Source of the DNA: Octopus sinensis
Lineage: Eukaryota
Length of the DNA stretch: 64,000 nucleotides
NCBI RefSeq assembly: GCF_006345805.1
Contig: NC_043004.1
Span: 11,656,001 to 11,720,000 of the forward strand
Direction of reading: 5' to 3'
Position 1 is the stretch's first letter, and each line of letters opens with the position of its first letter. The position numbers were made by a program, and so were the translations under genes. Of this stretch, positions 52,283-64,000 are shown piece after piece. Under the pieces are notes generated by a model, which was given only the letters and a program-made list of their open reading frames with translations, searched no databases and was not told the DNA's origin.

Positions 52283-53068
52283 TATAAAACATATATAAAA
52301 ATTCCAAATATATACATATAAAAATACATATAAAAAGATAATTATCGATGTGATACATAAAACACAGTGGATTACATCGAAAAATACCTTAGGAATGAGA
52401 ACCCAGGTTCAAAATTTTCTCAAGACACCTGATGAAGGGCTGGAGGGTATATCAGCCGAAACGTTGTGTTAACAACAAACGAGATGAGGACAAAAATCTG
52501 TCAAATTTGACGGATTTTTGTCCTCATCTCGTTTGTTGTTAACACAGCGTTTCGGCTAATATACCCTCCAGCCTTTGGCGGTGCCCCAGTATGGTCACAG
52601 TTCGTGAGCTGAAACTAGATAAAATAATATAAAATGTACATAATTCCTCATCTTTTAAATATAGAACTGCAACATATATAAAACATATATAAAAATTCCA
52701 AATATATAAATATAAAAATACATATAAATAGATAATTATCGATGTGATACATAAAACACAGTGGATTACATCGAAAAATACCTTAGGAATGAGAACCCAG
52801 GTTCAAAATTTTCTCAAGACACCTGATGAAGAGCTGGAGGGTATATCAGCCGAAACGTTGTGTTAACAACAAACGAGAGGAGGACAAAAATCTGTCAAAT
52901 TTGACGGATTTTTGTCCTCATCTCGTTTGTTGTTAACACAGCGTTTCGGCTAATATACCCTCCAGCCTTTGGCGGTGCCCCAGTATGGTCACAGTTCGTG
53001 AGCTGAAACTAGATAAAATAATATAAAATGTACATAATTCCTCATCTTTTAAATATAGAACTGCAACA
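52283..53068 (+). repeat. Tandem duplication of a 394-bp unit, each with a minimal hammerhead motif and 68-bp-arm hairpin
   Basis: Constant 394 offset; CTGATGA at 52429 and 52823; loop-less palindromes 52438-52573 and 52832-52967; four substitutions seen between units. Confidence 0.92.
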
Positions 53069-53660
53069 CAGATAATGCTTTGCAGCTTTGTCTGATAAAA
53101 GTATTCCAAATACCTTATCGATATTTTGTCTCATACTGCAAACTGCTCTTGTGCCTATGAAAGGATCTCTACAAGGCCGGTTGAACTGCAAGAAATTCGA
53201 ACCAAATCTTTCTCACATATTACATACTACAGCTATAAACAAAATCATATTTTTAAATTTCGTCTAGATTACACGATTATGCAATAAAAGTATAAATGAG
53301 ACAGTCGTGGCTAGGACGCCGCTGGATACAGATCTAGTTGAGGGCTGAACTGAGGTTAAATAACACGAACATTGGCACCAACAACATTAACAGCAGCAGA
53401 CTGCATTACGATTCATGTAATTTTCTGACATATTGTTTGCAATATTATTTAATAAACGCAAACCACTAGAACACAATGAAATTCACCTAAGGCGTTTCTA
53501 ATAACGAGAAAACATCATTTCCCACTTTAGAGTTACACATACACATGCACAAATACATACATACTGAGAAAGATACACACACACAAATATGTATATATAT
53601 ATATATATATATTAAGTGTTATGAGTTTTTACAGATAGATAGATGGATAGATAGATAGAT

Positions 53661-53731
<71 letters not shown>

Positions 53732-55409
53732 ATTATGTACATGCATAGACATACACACAGGCACAGATATAATGTTATATATACATACATACAATACATA
53801 CATATATACATGCATGCATATATATATATCATATATATATATATGTGTGTGTCTTTGTATATGTGTATATATATATGTTCGTCTATATATGTGTGTATAA
53901 TATATTTATATTTTTACGCATACTTGCATACACACACACACACACACAGATATATATATATACCTGCATAATTACATGTATGTATACATATAAGCTCTCA
54001 TACATACATACACACATATATATGTACGTACATCCATCCGTCCATTTATCTTTACATACATATAAACACATATACACACACGCATGTACATACGTACATA
54101 ATACATACATGCATACATACACACATACATACACATAGAGACAGTTTCGCATTCGTAAAGATTTGCCGCTTTGCAATATTTTATGGTGTATTATTATATT
54201 ATTTTATGTCTGACAATGGCAAAGATATAAAGTTTAGCGCAGTATTATATACTTCGCTAGACATATACCGTATCAATCATTGCACTTTCCTCTTGCTTTC
54301 GAGTTTATCATTTTGCTGTCCAGTGTAATTTTATTATTTATGACACGTCTTAGCTGGAAGCGTTATGCTCTCCGTCCCAAAGCAACACATACATAATTCT
54401 ATTCCGCTCAAAGTTCCACGAATGATTATGAAATTATTATTCATAACATGATATTAATAGTAATTATTGTTTTAAATTCATGGCTAAGAACCACATAAGC
54501 TATTGAAGAAAATATTTTTAACAAGCAATTATGTTTAGACATCACTAGAATAACTGAACATTTTAGCTAATTCTTAGTAATCTCCCGCGAAAGCTACAAG
54601 TAAGGATGTAAAAAGTAGCAACAACAGAATATGAATAACTAAAAGAAATGTAAATATAAATTATAAAACATATTGGTTCCATTCTTTGAGACAAGCATCA
54701 ATAATTTTCCAAGAAATATAGTTATAGACAATTGACTCACTTAACCTAACTTTATATCTGATTCCTATATAATTATATAATTATACCATAGTTGAGATCC
54801 TCTTTGCAATCATTCAAGCAAATACATACGTGTATATTACAGTAGCTTCAAAAAGTTATCAATGATATTAGCTAAGTGGAATCTGCTGAGCGTATGGGCG
54901 TAATAGTTTTTCCGGTATTGACGAATCGAATCTTTTCGACTATATGTACGTAAACATCCAAGCTTACGAGTGTGACTGACAAACATTTAACGGTCGATGG
55001 TAATAGGATAATTCTACCTGACAGAGAGGACAGGGGAGTGGGGGACATGGTAGAAATTCTGGACGAAAGATATTGTATTATAAGCATGCGCTTCTGCATG
55101 TTCCCAGTTCAATTTTGACCTGAATAAACACAACGTATTTTTATATCTTGGTCTGATCAGGAGATACGTAAAACCCTTGGACTTTTTTCCCGAAACTTCG
55201 GGCATGTTTGAAGAAATGCAAAAGGAAACCAAAGGTCAATTGTTAGCTTCAGGCCGAACGCTTAATGTCACGAAAAAACAAACACTGAAGGTTATACAAC
55301 ACGCAACGGATTAGATTTATCACCGAAAATCAGGTGGAATTTATCATGCTGGGTTCCACATAGTTTCCGTTTACTCAATTACATAGGAACTATGCATATT
55401 ATTTACATT

Positions 55410-55505
55410 ATTTACATTCGACGTATATTTGTCCTCACCTTGTTTGTTGTTAACCGTTGTGTTAGCAACAAACAAGATGAGGATAAATATCCGTCGAAAG
55501 TAAAT
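55410..55505. repeat. Hairpin from the same terminal-repeat family as 52438-52573
   Basis: GTTAACAACAAAC.AGATGAGGA.AAA shared; arms 55410-55454 and 55461-55505. Confidence 0.8.
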
Positions 55506-55994
55506 AAGGGAAATAAAATAATGTACTTAATTACATTCCCAAGGCTTGGATTGAACAATCTTATGTTGTAGGTCTGTCTCAAACTTACAGAGTCATTAGG
55601 CTAGAGTTTATTCTCGTTTCAATGATGTATATGTCATTGGCAGTACAATATCCCTCGCTAAACGAATGGTAGTCTTTCTCAGAGATAACCCACGAGCAGT
55701 TGTTGTAGCCACTCTCAGCTCAGTAGAAACTTAATGTTTCACCCAAGAACACAATGTCAGTACTACACATTATCTGCAGCATCATACGCCTTCCCAGTCT
55801 AACCACTCTTGAAGTCACTATTCCTACGGGGAGATTTTTGGTGGAGCAGGTCAGAGCTCAGCATCCTTGCTAGCGATATTCGGTTTGGACAATTAGGTCA
55901 ATGCCATGCGGGAAACGAATCTTGGCGAAAACTGAATTTCAGTGAACGAGATGTGTAGCAGGAATGCTTGGATGAGTATCATGTGTGTATGCGA

Positions 55995-56064
<70 letters not shown>

Positions 56065-56173
56065 ATCTGTGTGTCTCTGTGTGTGTGTGTGCGTGTGTGT
56101 GTGCATGTGTGTGTGCGTGTGTGTGTGGGTGTATGTGTGTGCGCGAGTGTATGTGTGTGTGTGTGTGTGTGCG

Positions 56174-56224
<51 letters not shown>

Positions 56225-56689
56225 TGCGTGCATGTATAAACCTGTATGAATTCATTTTGGTACACTATCTTATCTGCAGCAAATTTTCTTAAGTTTCATG
56301 CTACGAATGTGATTGTCTCATATAAGCTATTCAAGGAATATCTAACTTGCCGATGCGAAAGAATCACAACAACAATTTAAACTTAAGACAAATTTATCTT
56401 AGCTAACTGAACAACTCCTCGAGCGCATTCTCGAGACAAGCCTTCCATCATATCACTAAATTTAGCATATATTTCTAAACTTTGACATGCGTAAAATGTT
56501 ATTAGGTACATCGTCTTTCCATAGCAAATAGATGTCAATATACATATACAAACTAATCACAAATGGCCACACGCACACAAATTAAACAAACAATTTGCTA
56601 ATTTCAATACAATTTGTGTCAGGTTTGGGTTTGGGGCAAGTGTGAATGTAAGCCCATATACCAAAATATTTATTTAATTCTTAATGAGG

Positions 56690-57250
56690 TGTTACAGTCA
56701 AAAACAGAAAAAAAGATATATAACCAAACAAGTGCAACTACTATAAAAAGGCTTACAAATAACGGCAATAGAAAAAATGGAACTTGATCGTCAAACCAAA
56801 GAAAACGGTAGAAATCCAGTAGAATAAGCCAAACTACCAAGATGGTATAACAACAATGCTACGTATATCGACTACTGGAAACAATCCTTCTGAAGAGATA
56901 GAATAAGACAGGGTACACATGATTCATTGAACAAAATTCCTTTTTTAAGGAATAGGAGTTCCAAATAAAAGAAAGCACTAATAATACAAAGATTCGGATA
57001 AAATTGAACCAATTGATCCAAAAATAAAAATTATCATGAGAAAATACCATGAAAACCTATATCAATTTTTTTTGTATGCACTTAAATTCACCCTCCACTC
57101 CAAAACCTGACGCAAGAACAAAATCTTGTAAAAGATACCGAGGAATTTTGTAGAAATATTCGTCTATGGGAGGTCTCCCAAAAGAGGGATTGCGAAATTC
57201 CATTACTTGTAAAATAAAAGAAGGGTGGGGTTGAGGATTTAAATCTACAG
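56690..57250 (+). pseudogene. Possible ancient Penelope-like RT remnant
   Basis: YIDY near 56865 and DKIEPIDPKIKIIMRK at ~57000 resemble the PLE YxDD and NSIHPxIKFTME motifs; heavily decayed. Confidence 0.28.
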
Positions 57251-58599
57251 TGAACAGGAATAAGCACGATAAGCACTAGAATATGATATTGGAGAAGGCC
57301 GTTACCGAGATATGATCATAGAACAGCATAACCACATGAGAAACAACAGCGAGGACTAAACTACCAGAAATCTGCCCCTCAAAATAGTAAGTAACCTTCC
57401 TTTCATTTACGACGACAAGAACAGCACAGAGGACGAAGAAAAATGGCAGACATTTTTAACAAACGAAAAGGTAACCCAAAAATATGATTTAAGAATATTA
57501 AAAGAATAATAAGGTGGGGCACACCCTCCAGGAAAAAAAAAATTGTTGTTCAAAGATGACAAGGAATCTACCTCTTGTGAAAGACAGCCTTCGGTAAGGA
57601 GAAATGCAGTGGAGTTAATTCTCTGGCAGAGAATAAAAAATAAATTCTAAAGATTTTCGCTCACGGGCAATTTCGGAGCGCCAAGTTTGCAATAGATGAT
57701 TGCAACACAAGTAGGAGTAAACACATGTAGCATTGCTTAAATGGGTCCTTGTGGCAAATAAATGATGTTTAAAGTTGATTTTTTTTTTGTCATATCGCTG
57801 TTGAAATATTTGTATTATTTCCACTAGTTTCTTCTAAGAATTCATTGTTTTATTAATGAAGAAAAAGATTTTTGCTATGTCCTCTACTTCCTGACAACCT
57901 GGACGTCATACTTTAATATCCATCACTCCAGGGTAGGATGTTCACTGAGTAATTAACGCTGATGATTTGCATTTTTGAGGCGGTTTTGAAATAGAGTTTG
58001 TTCTTTAGAATATTTATGCATAAACACTGAATAAATATTTTACAATGTTTTTCATTGAATATAATTTTAATTTTCTCTCTGACACATTTTCATTCATTTT
58101 ATTTTCATATTATCGTTATTGTAAACTTTATTTTCTTAATTTAATCTTCTTCTTTTCGTCTTTTAACGTCTATACAAAATTACCTACCTTATCATGTCTG
58201 TATATCTCTACCAACTTAAATTAGACTGGACGGTCTCAGTAAACACTGCCAATTATTTTATATATCATCTAATCGACATTTTTGCATTTGCAATGTCTCC
58301 CACATGCTACAGTTCCCATGTAGCTTCTCTGTGTTATTCTTTGATGTCACATTGCAATGTTAATGTCTTTCGTTACTGGCTGTTGAACATCACTGCTAAG
58401 CAATTTTAAGAATAGATTTTTATTATGAAGTTATGACAGATTTATTCAGAGACACGCACACATACACAAATACGCAAGTGTGTATACACACAAACACAAA
58501 TACGCACGTGTGTATACACACAAACACTCACTCACACACATACACACTAACACACACACATACATTTATATATATATATATATACTGTTTTTCCTTTAT

Positions 58600-58807
58600 A
58601 TTTTACTTACAGTAATTTGACTGCGGCTATGCTGGAGCACCGACATAAAGGGTTTTTAGCTGAGCAAATTGACCTCAGAACTTATCTCCTATAATACTTA
58701 TTCTACTGGTCCCTTGTACTACTGAACCGCCAAATTACAGGGACGTCAACACACCAACACCGGTTGCCAAGGGGTGATGGGGGAGACTGAAAGAAACTCA
58801 TCTTGTT

Positions 58808-58848
<41 letters not shown>

Positions 58849-58990
58849 TATATATATACATACACCCCACACACAAACACATATATATATACACACGACG
58901 AGCTTCTTTCTGTTTCTGTCCGCCAAATCCACTTACAAGGCTTTGAGCGGCCCGAGGCTATAGTAGAAAATACTTTCCATGGTTCCACAC
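58600..58990 (-). mobile_element. SINE family A; further minus-strand fragments at 59570-59790, 60125-60260, 61035-61130
   Basis: Reverse-complement matches. Confidence 0.75.
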
Positions 58991-59841
58991 AGTGGGCACG
59001 TAAATCTGCGATACGTTGGTTGCAACACATTGTGAAAATATGCTTCCTTTTCAAATTGGATGCCCTCAGAATGTTTAAAGGAGTACACTCTGTGAGAAAT
59101 TTACCAATGTCGGGTCTCTGAGCATTCAGAGGCAGAAGAACGGGTCTATCTAGTTTTTTTTTTTTAGACTCTAAATAAAAAACTATGAATTTGTAATGCA
59201 ATGTAAGGCTTTCCTTTTATTTGTTGCCAATCCACTGCTAGATTAAATCTCAGGATCCTGTTAGGTGTTGGTAGATCTATACTGGTTCCCGTTCTACCTA
59301 TCAACACTGGCCAACAGCAAGGTGTCTTCGTCCTTGAGTGGTCAGCTTCGACCATCGACACGTTGGTGGCAGTTGAATTCAGAACAGAAAGAGTTAAAGC
59401 GGATGCCACACATCGTATCCGATGCTCTATTCTGCCAGTCCAATTCCTTGGACATGTTATTCACTTAAAAAATACTGAAAGAATCAAACGGAAAGCTGAC
59501 CTCGTCGCGATCAGAAATCTGAGTGTTGAGAGCCAAAACGAATACCACAGGATCCTTTGTTTTTCATCTTTTACTTGTTTCAGTCATTGACTGCGGCAAT
59601 GCTGGGGCAACGTTTTGAAAGGATTTAGTCGAAAAAATCAACCCCAGGACTATTTTTAAAAGCCTAGTAGGTATTCTATCGGCCTTGTTCGCCGAATCGC
59701 CAAATTACGGGGGACGTAAACACACCAACACCTGTTGTCAAACGGTGGTGGGGGCCAAACACAGACACAAAGAAACACACACACAAACACACATGCACCA
59801 CATCTCTCTCTCTCTCTCTCTCTCTGTATATATATATATAT

Positions 59842-59962
59842 TTTATTTTATAGAAGGAACTTCTACAGGACTAGAACTGTTTCATTCAAAAGAAATCCTT
59901 CCTGATGATTTCTTTTGAATGAAACAGTTCTAGTCCTGTAGAAGCTCCTTCTATAAAATAAA
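59842..59962. repeat. 56-bp-arm hairpin overlapping a degenerate minimal hammerhead
   Basis: 59842-59897 inverted at 59907-59962 (one mismatch); CTGATGA 59902-08, TTC-TTTT-GAA, GAAAC 59921. Confidence 0.85.
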
Positions 59963-60033
59963 TTAATTTACTCTGCTATGTATTGAGTACCTTATTGACT
60001 GTGGTTAACCCCGACTCAACCCGGGACCTATAT

Positions 60034-60079
<46 letters not shown>

Positions 60080-60882
60080 ATATACACACATATGTATGTA
60101 TGTATATATAAATATAGATATATGCGACAGCTTTCTTTCAGTTTCCGTTACCAAATTCACTCTCAAGGATTTAGTCGGCCCAAGGTTGTAGCAGAAGACA
60201 CCTGCGGGACTGAACTGGAACCATTTGGTTGGGAAGCAAGCTTCTTACCACACAGCCAAACCATTTAATCCGATGCTCTAATGACTAGGTTGATTTTCCT
60301 CGTTGGATTTAGCTATGAGATAACTGCACTTTGACTTGGAAGTTCTAACAGATAGTAAGTAAGATCTCAGAAAGAAAACCTTCCTGACGCTGAAAACGAC
60401 ATATCTTGATCGTCGAGATTTATATAATTACAATATCTTACTCAAATATATTGCAGCTGATGTACAAGGATGGCAAAATGAGAAACAGGGGCTCTCGTGT
60501 GTTTATACTTTTACATGAGTTTATAATTATTCACGTGTTTATAATAATTTCATGTGTTTATTTATAATAAAGACTCGGGATAAGAATAACTGCCTAGAAA
60601 CATCTGCATTCATCAAACATCTGAGAAAGAGTGTCCTCAAAGAGAAATAATTATGAGGTGGCGATAAATTAGGAAACATGTGGGAAGGGAGGAAGGAAGG
60701 AAGGAAGGAAGAAAAATATTCACAAAAACCACAAGGTTCTGTGTGAAAAAAATGTTCTGCGTTTTGTTATGTTTGTTTTGTGACCATGTGCTTTTGGGGT
60801 TCAGTCTCGCTACATCCTGGCTTTTGCTATAAATTCTGGCCGACCAAATTCTTTAGGAGTGGATTAGGGAAATTGAAAATGT

Positions 60883-60917
<35 letters not shown>

Positions 60918-61216
60918 GCCTTGCTTTTTTGCTTTTTGAGCCAAAAAATTCATCAGACTACGTCCATACTGGAGTACCGCCTATATATATACAAACAAAC
61001 ACACACCCACACACACATATTCATTTTTACTTTTATATTCTTCTAATTGTTTCAGTCATTTGACTGCGGCCATGCTGGAGTACTGCTTTAATAGAATCGA
61101 TCCCAGGAATTATTCTTTGTGAGACCAGTACTTATTATGTTTTGTTGTCAATGCTGCACTTTCTCATATCACCTGTTTCAACATAACTGTAATATATTAC
61201 ATACAAACTATGGCAT

Positions 61217-61250
61217 TTTAATCCCGAGCAACGCCGGGTGTCTCTGCTAG
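61217..61250 (+). mobile_element. Helitron 3' terminus (same family as 42261 and 48351)
   Basis: CCCGAGCAACGCCGGG hairpin then CTAG|T. Confidence 0.75.
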
Positions 61251-61306
<56 letters not shown>

Positions 61307-61692
61307 GATAAAAATTGTAAGACAACAAAAGAATGAAAGAGACCTCGATATTATGTAAATATAGGAATTTATTTATAAATGTAATATATGACGACAATTA
61401 TTCGGTAGCCATGATAAAATTCCGAGTTTCGGAGTTTTATCATATATCTGCTGAATAAAGTTAAAACTTTTTACGTTTTTTATTATGGTATTTTCACAAA
61501 ATTAGCGCTTTCATACAAGGTGTACTTATCAGATTTCAAATGTGTTTAACTGACAATTGAGTTTTTGACAACTTTAGTATCTCTTGGAACGCACCAACAA
61601 GCTGAATTTTTAGAATATCTTTCTGACCAATCGGCATGTTCTTAAACATCACGATTTTCCAGGCGTACCGATATACTGTAACTTGTTTATAT

Positions 61693-61747
<55 letters not shown>

Positions 61748-61904
61748 GTGTGTGTGTGTGCATAGGTAGATAAATAAACAAATATGCCTCTCTGTGTGTG
61801 TTTGTATGATTGTCTCTCCTCCACCCGGTATTGGTTTGTTTATGCCCCTCGAAGCCAGCGGTTGGGCAAGTACCAGCCATAAAACAAAATAAGTATTGCG
61901 GAAG

Positions 61905-62285
61905 GCGGCGAGCTGGCAGAAACGTTAGCGCGCCGGGCGAAATGCTTAGCGGTATTTTGTCTGAATTCAAATTCCGCCGAGGTCGACTCTGCCTTTCATC
62001 ATTTCGGGGTCTATTAAATAAGTACCAGTTACGCACTGGGGTCGATATAATCGACTTAATCCGTGTGTCTGTCCTTGTTTGCCCCCTCTGTGTTTAGCCC
62101 CTTGTGTGCAATAAAGAAATAGCTATTTCTATCGTCTTTATTTCTGACTTCAAATTTCGCCGAGGTCGATTTTGCTTTCATCCTTTCGGGGTCGATAAAT
62201 TAAGTACCAGTTGCGTACTGGAGTCGATCTAATCGATTGATTCCCTCCCCAAAAAAGTTCGGGCCTTGTGCCTAGAGTAGAAACG
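61905..62285 (+). mobile_element. Dimeric SINE family B
   Basis: Same head-linker-second-body layout as 22401-22720. Confidence 0.85.
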
Positions 62286-62969
62286 ACTACGTATCGGGTT
62301 CGATTCGTTCAACCAAAACCCTTCTTCAAAGCACTGTCCCAGCATGACAGCAGTCTAATGACAGACACAAATTAAAAAAAAAACGTAACAGATAAGCAGT
62401 GAACACACGAACTGGTGTCTATAACATTGATATCTTCAGCAGTTAATTATTAGGTTTTTAGTATCGAAAAACTTTGCCGCACTTAATATCCAAAGAATTT
62501 GATAAAACAATTTGTTGTTTCTAAATAATTTGAATAGCTAAAATAGAAGTTAAAGAAGTGTCTGTTGATCACGATCTTTGAATATATTTACTTTCTATAA
62601 ATAAAAAAAAAAAGAAAAACGACTCTATCAGAATTCGACGCTATTTATTTCAAACACTGAAGTTTTAGATCAAAGCTCTTTAAAACACAAAAGAAATTAA
62701 AAATTATGTGACCAAGAATTTTACAAAATTCCAAAATGGAGAAGAAAGATTTTAAAGAAGGTGTACTTAAAAATAACAACAACAACAACAGAAATGAGTG
62801 GGTAAATAGTAAAAAAAAAAAAAAAAAGAGAGATTTTGATATCGCCTGCACATATTAATGATGTCGCCACCCAGATTATATCAAACTACGCTATGCAGAG
62901 TATTCGGTATGTTAGTAGATTGCAATCACTTCTTTGGGAAGGGCAGTTTTATACAGCGTTGGCAATGAC

Positions 62970-63152
62970 GATGAGGACCATGACGATGACGATGATGATG
63001 ATGATGAAGATGATGAAGATGATGGTGGTGGTAACGATGATGATGATGATGATGATGAATCAAGTTCATTATCTTCATCGCGATCACGACGATAACGGTC
63101 GTGATAACGATGATCATGACAATGATGGTGATGATGACGATTACGATGATGA

Positions 63153-63186
<34 letters not shown>

Positions 63187-63845
63187 GGTGGTGGTGGTGG
63201 TAGTTGTGGCGATGATGATAATGATAAGGATTATAATGAGAATTTGGATAAATCGAGTGCTAATGACGATGAGATAGTCACGACAACGATGATAATGACG
63301 ACACCGTTGATGATGACGACGACGACGATGATTATGTTGACGGTGACCGTGATAGTGTTGGCTGTGGTGGTGGTGGTTGTGATGGTAGTGGTTGTAGTGG
63401 TGATGGTGGTGATGTCGTCGTCATGATGATGATGATGATGATGATAATGACTATATTGGTGTTGATGGTGATAATGGTAGTGATGGTGTTGTTGTACTTG
63501 TTGCTGTTGTTGTGGTTGCGGTGGTAGTGTTAGTGCTGTTGATGTTGTTGGTGTTGTTGGTGGTGTTGTTGGTGTTGTTGTTGTTGTTGTTGCTGTTGTT
63601 GGTTGCGTTGGTGGGGGTGTTGGTGTTGTTGGTGTTGTTGTTGTTGTCGTTGTTGCTGTTGTTGTTGTAGTTGGTTGCGGTGGTGGTGGTGGTGGTAGTC
63701 ATGGTGGTGGTGGGGATAGAGATGATGACGATTCTTGACAGCGTTGATGTCGGTGGAGATGATGAAGATTGGTGATGATGTCGATGACAACAACGATGAT
63801 GATGATGATGATGATGATGATGTTAATGACGACGACCAAGGTCAT

Positions 63846-63876
<31 letters not shown>

Positions 63877-63950
63877 ATTACGAAGAGCGCAACGACAATG
63901 ACGAGAGGCGAAGATGGCTGCGGCGACAACGTCAAAATGACGACAACATC
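62970..63950. repeat. Compound (GAT)n/(GGT)n/(GTT)n/(GAC)n low-complexity block
   Basis: Direct reading. Confidence 0.95.
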
Positions 63951-64000
63951 AATTTACAAGAATGAAACACCTCTAACGGCTGTCTCTCAAAGACACACGA

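Noticed and set aside
54880-55260. Protein-like + strand patch (HLTVDGNRIILPDREDRGVGDMVEILDERYCII)
   Set aside because: Flanked by stops, no splice sites or recognisable family

Overview
AT-rich, microsatellite-saturated eukaryotic DNA. It is most likely cephalopod (Octopus-like); that is an inference from the tRNA-derived SINE families and repeat landscape, not a database result. The window is intronic/intergenic. Almost all ORF-track entries are simple-repeat artefacts, and the only host-exon candidates are a 69-nt + strand segment at 699-767 and two weaker ones. Real coding remnants are all transposon-derived: an ORF1-only Tx1/L1-type element with a 15-bp TSD inside a SINE head (3936-5753); two R4/Dong-type RLE retrotransposons in (TAA)n (27714-29136, 39244-41985); a CR1-type LINE; mariner and Tc1 derivatives; Helitrons; and RTE, Gypsy-integrase and possible Penelope remnants. 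The most striking unexplained layer is RNA structure. A type I hammerhead ribozyme with an intact catalytic core (11398-11487) sits at the tip of a 432-nt rod closed by 107-bp perfect inverted repeats. Several other fold-back palindromes are built on hammerhead-bearing, Penelope-type terminal repeats (25029-25333, a tandem pair at 52283-53068, 59842-59962, and a 1.74-kb palindrome at 32172-33909). All structures were folded by eye and SINE boundaries are approximate.
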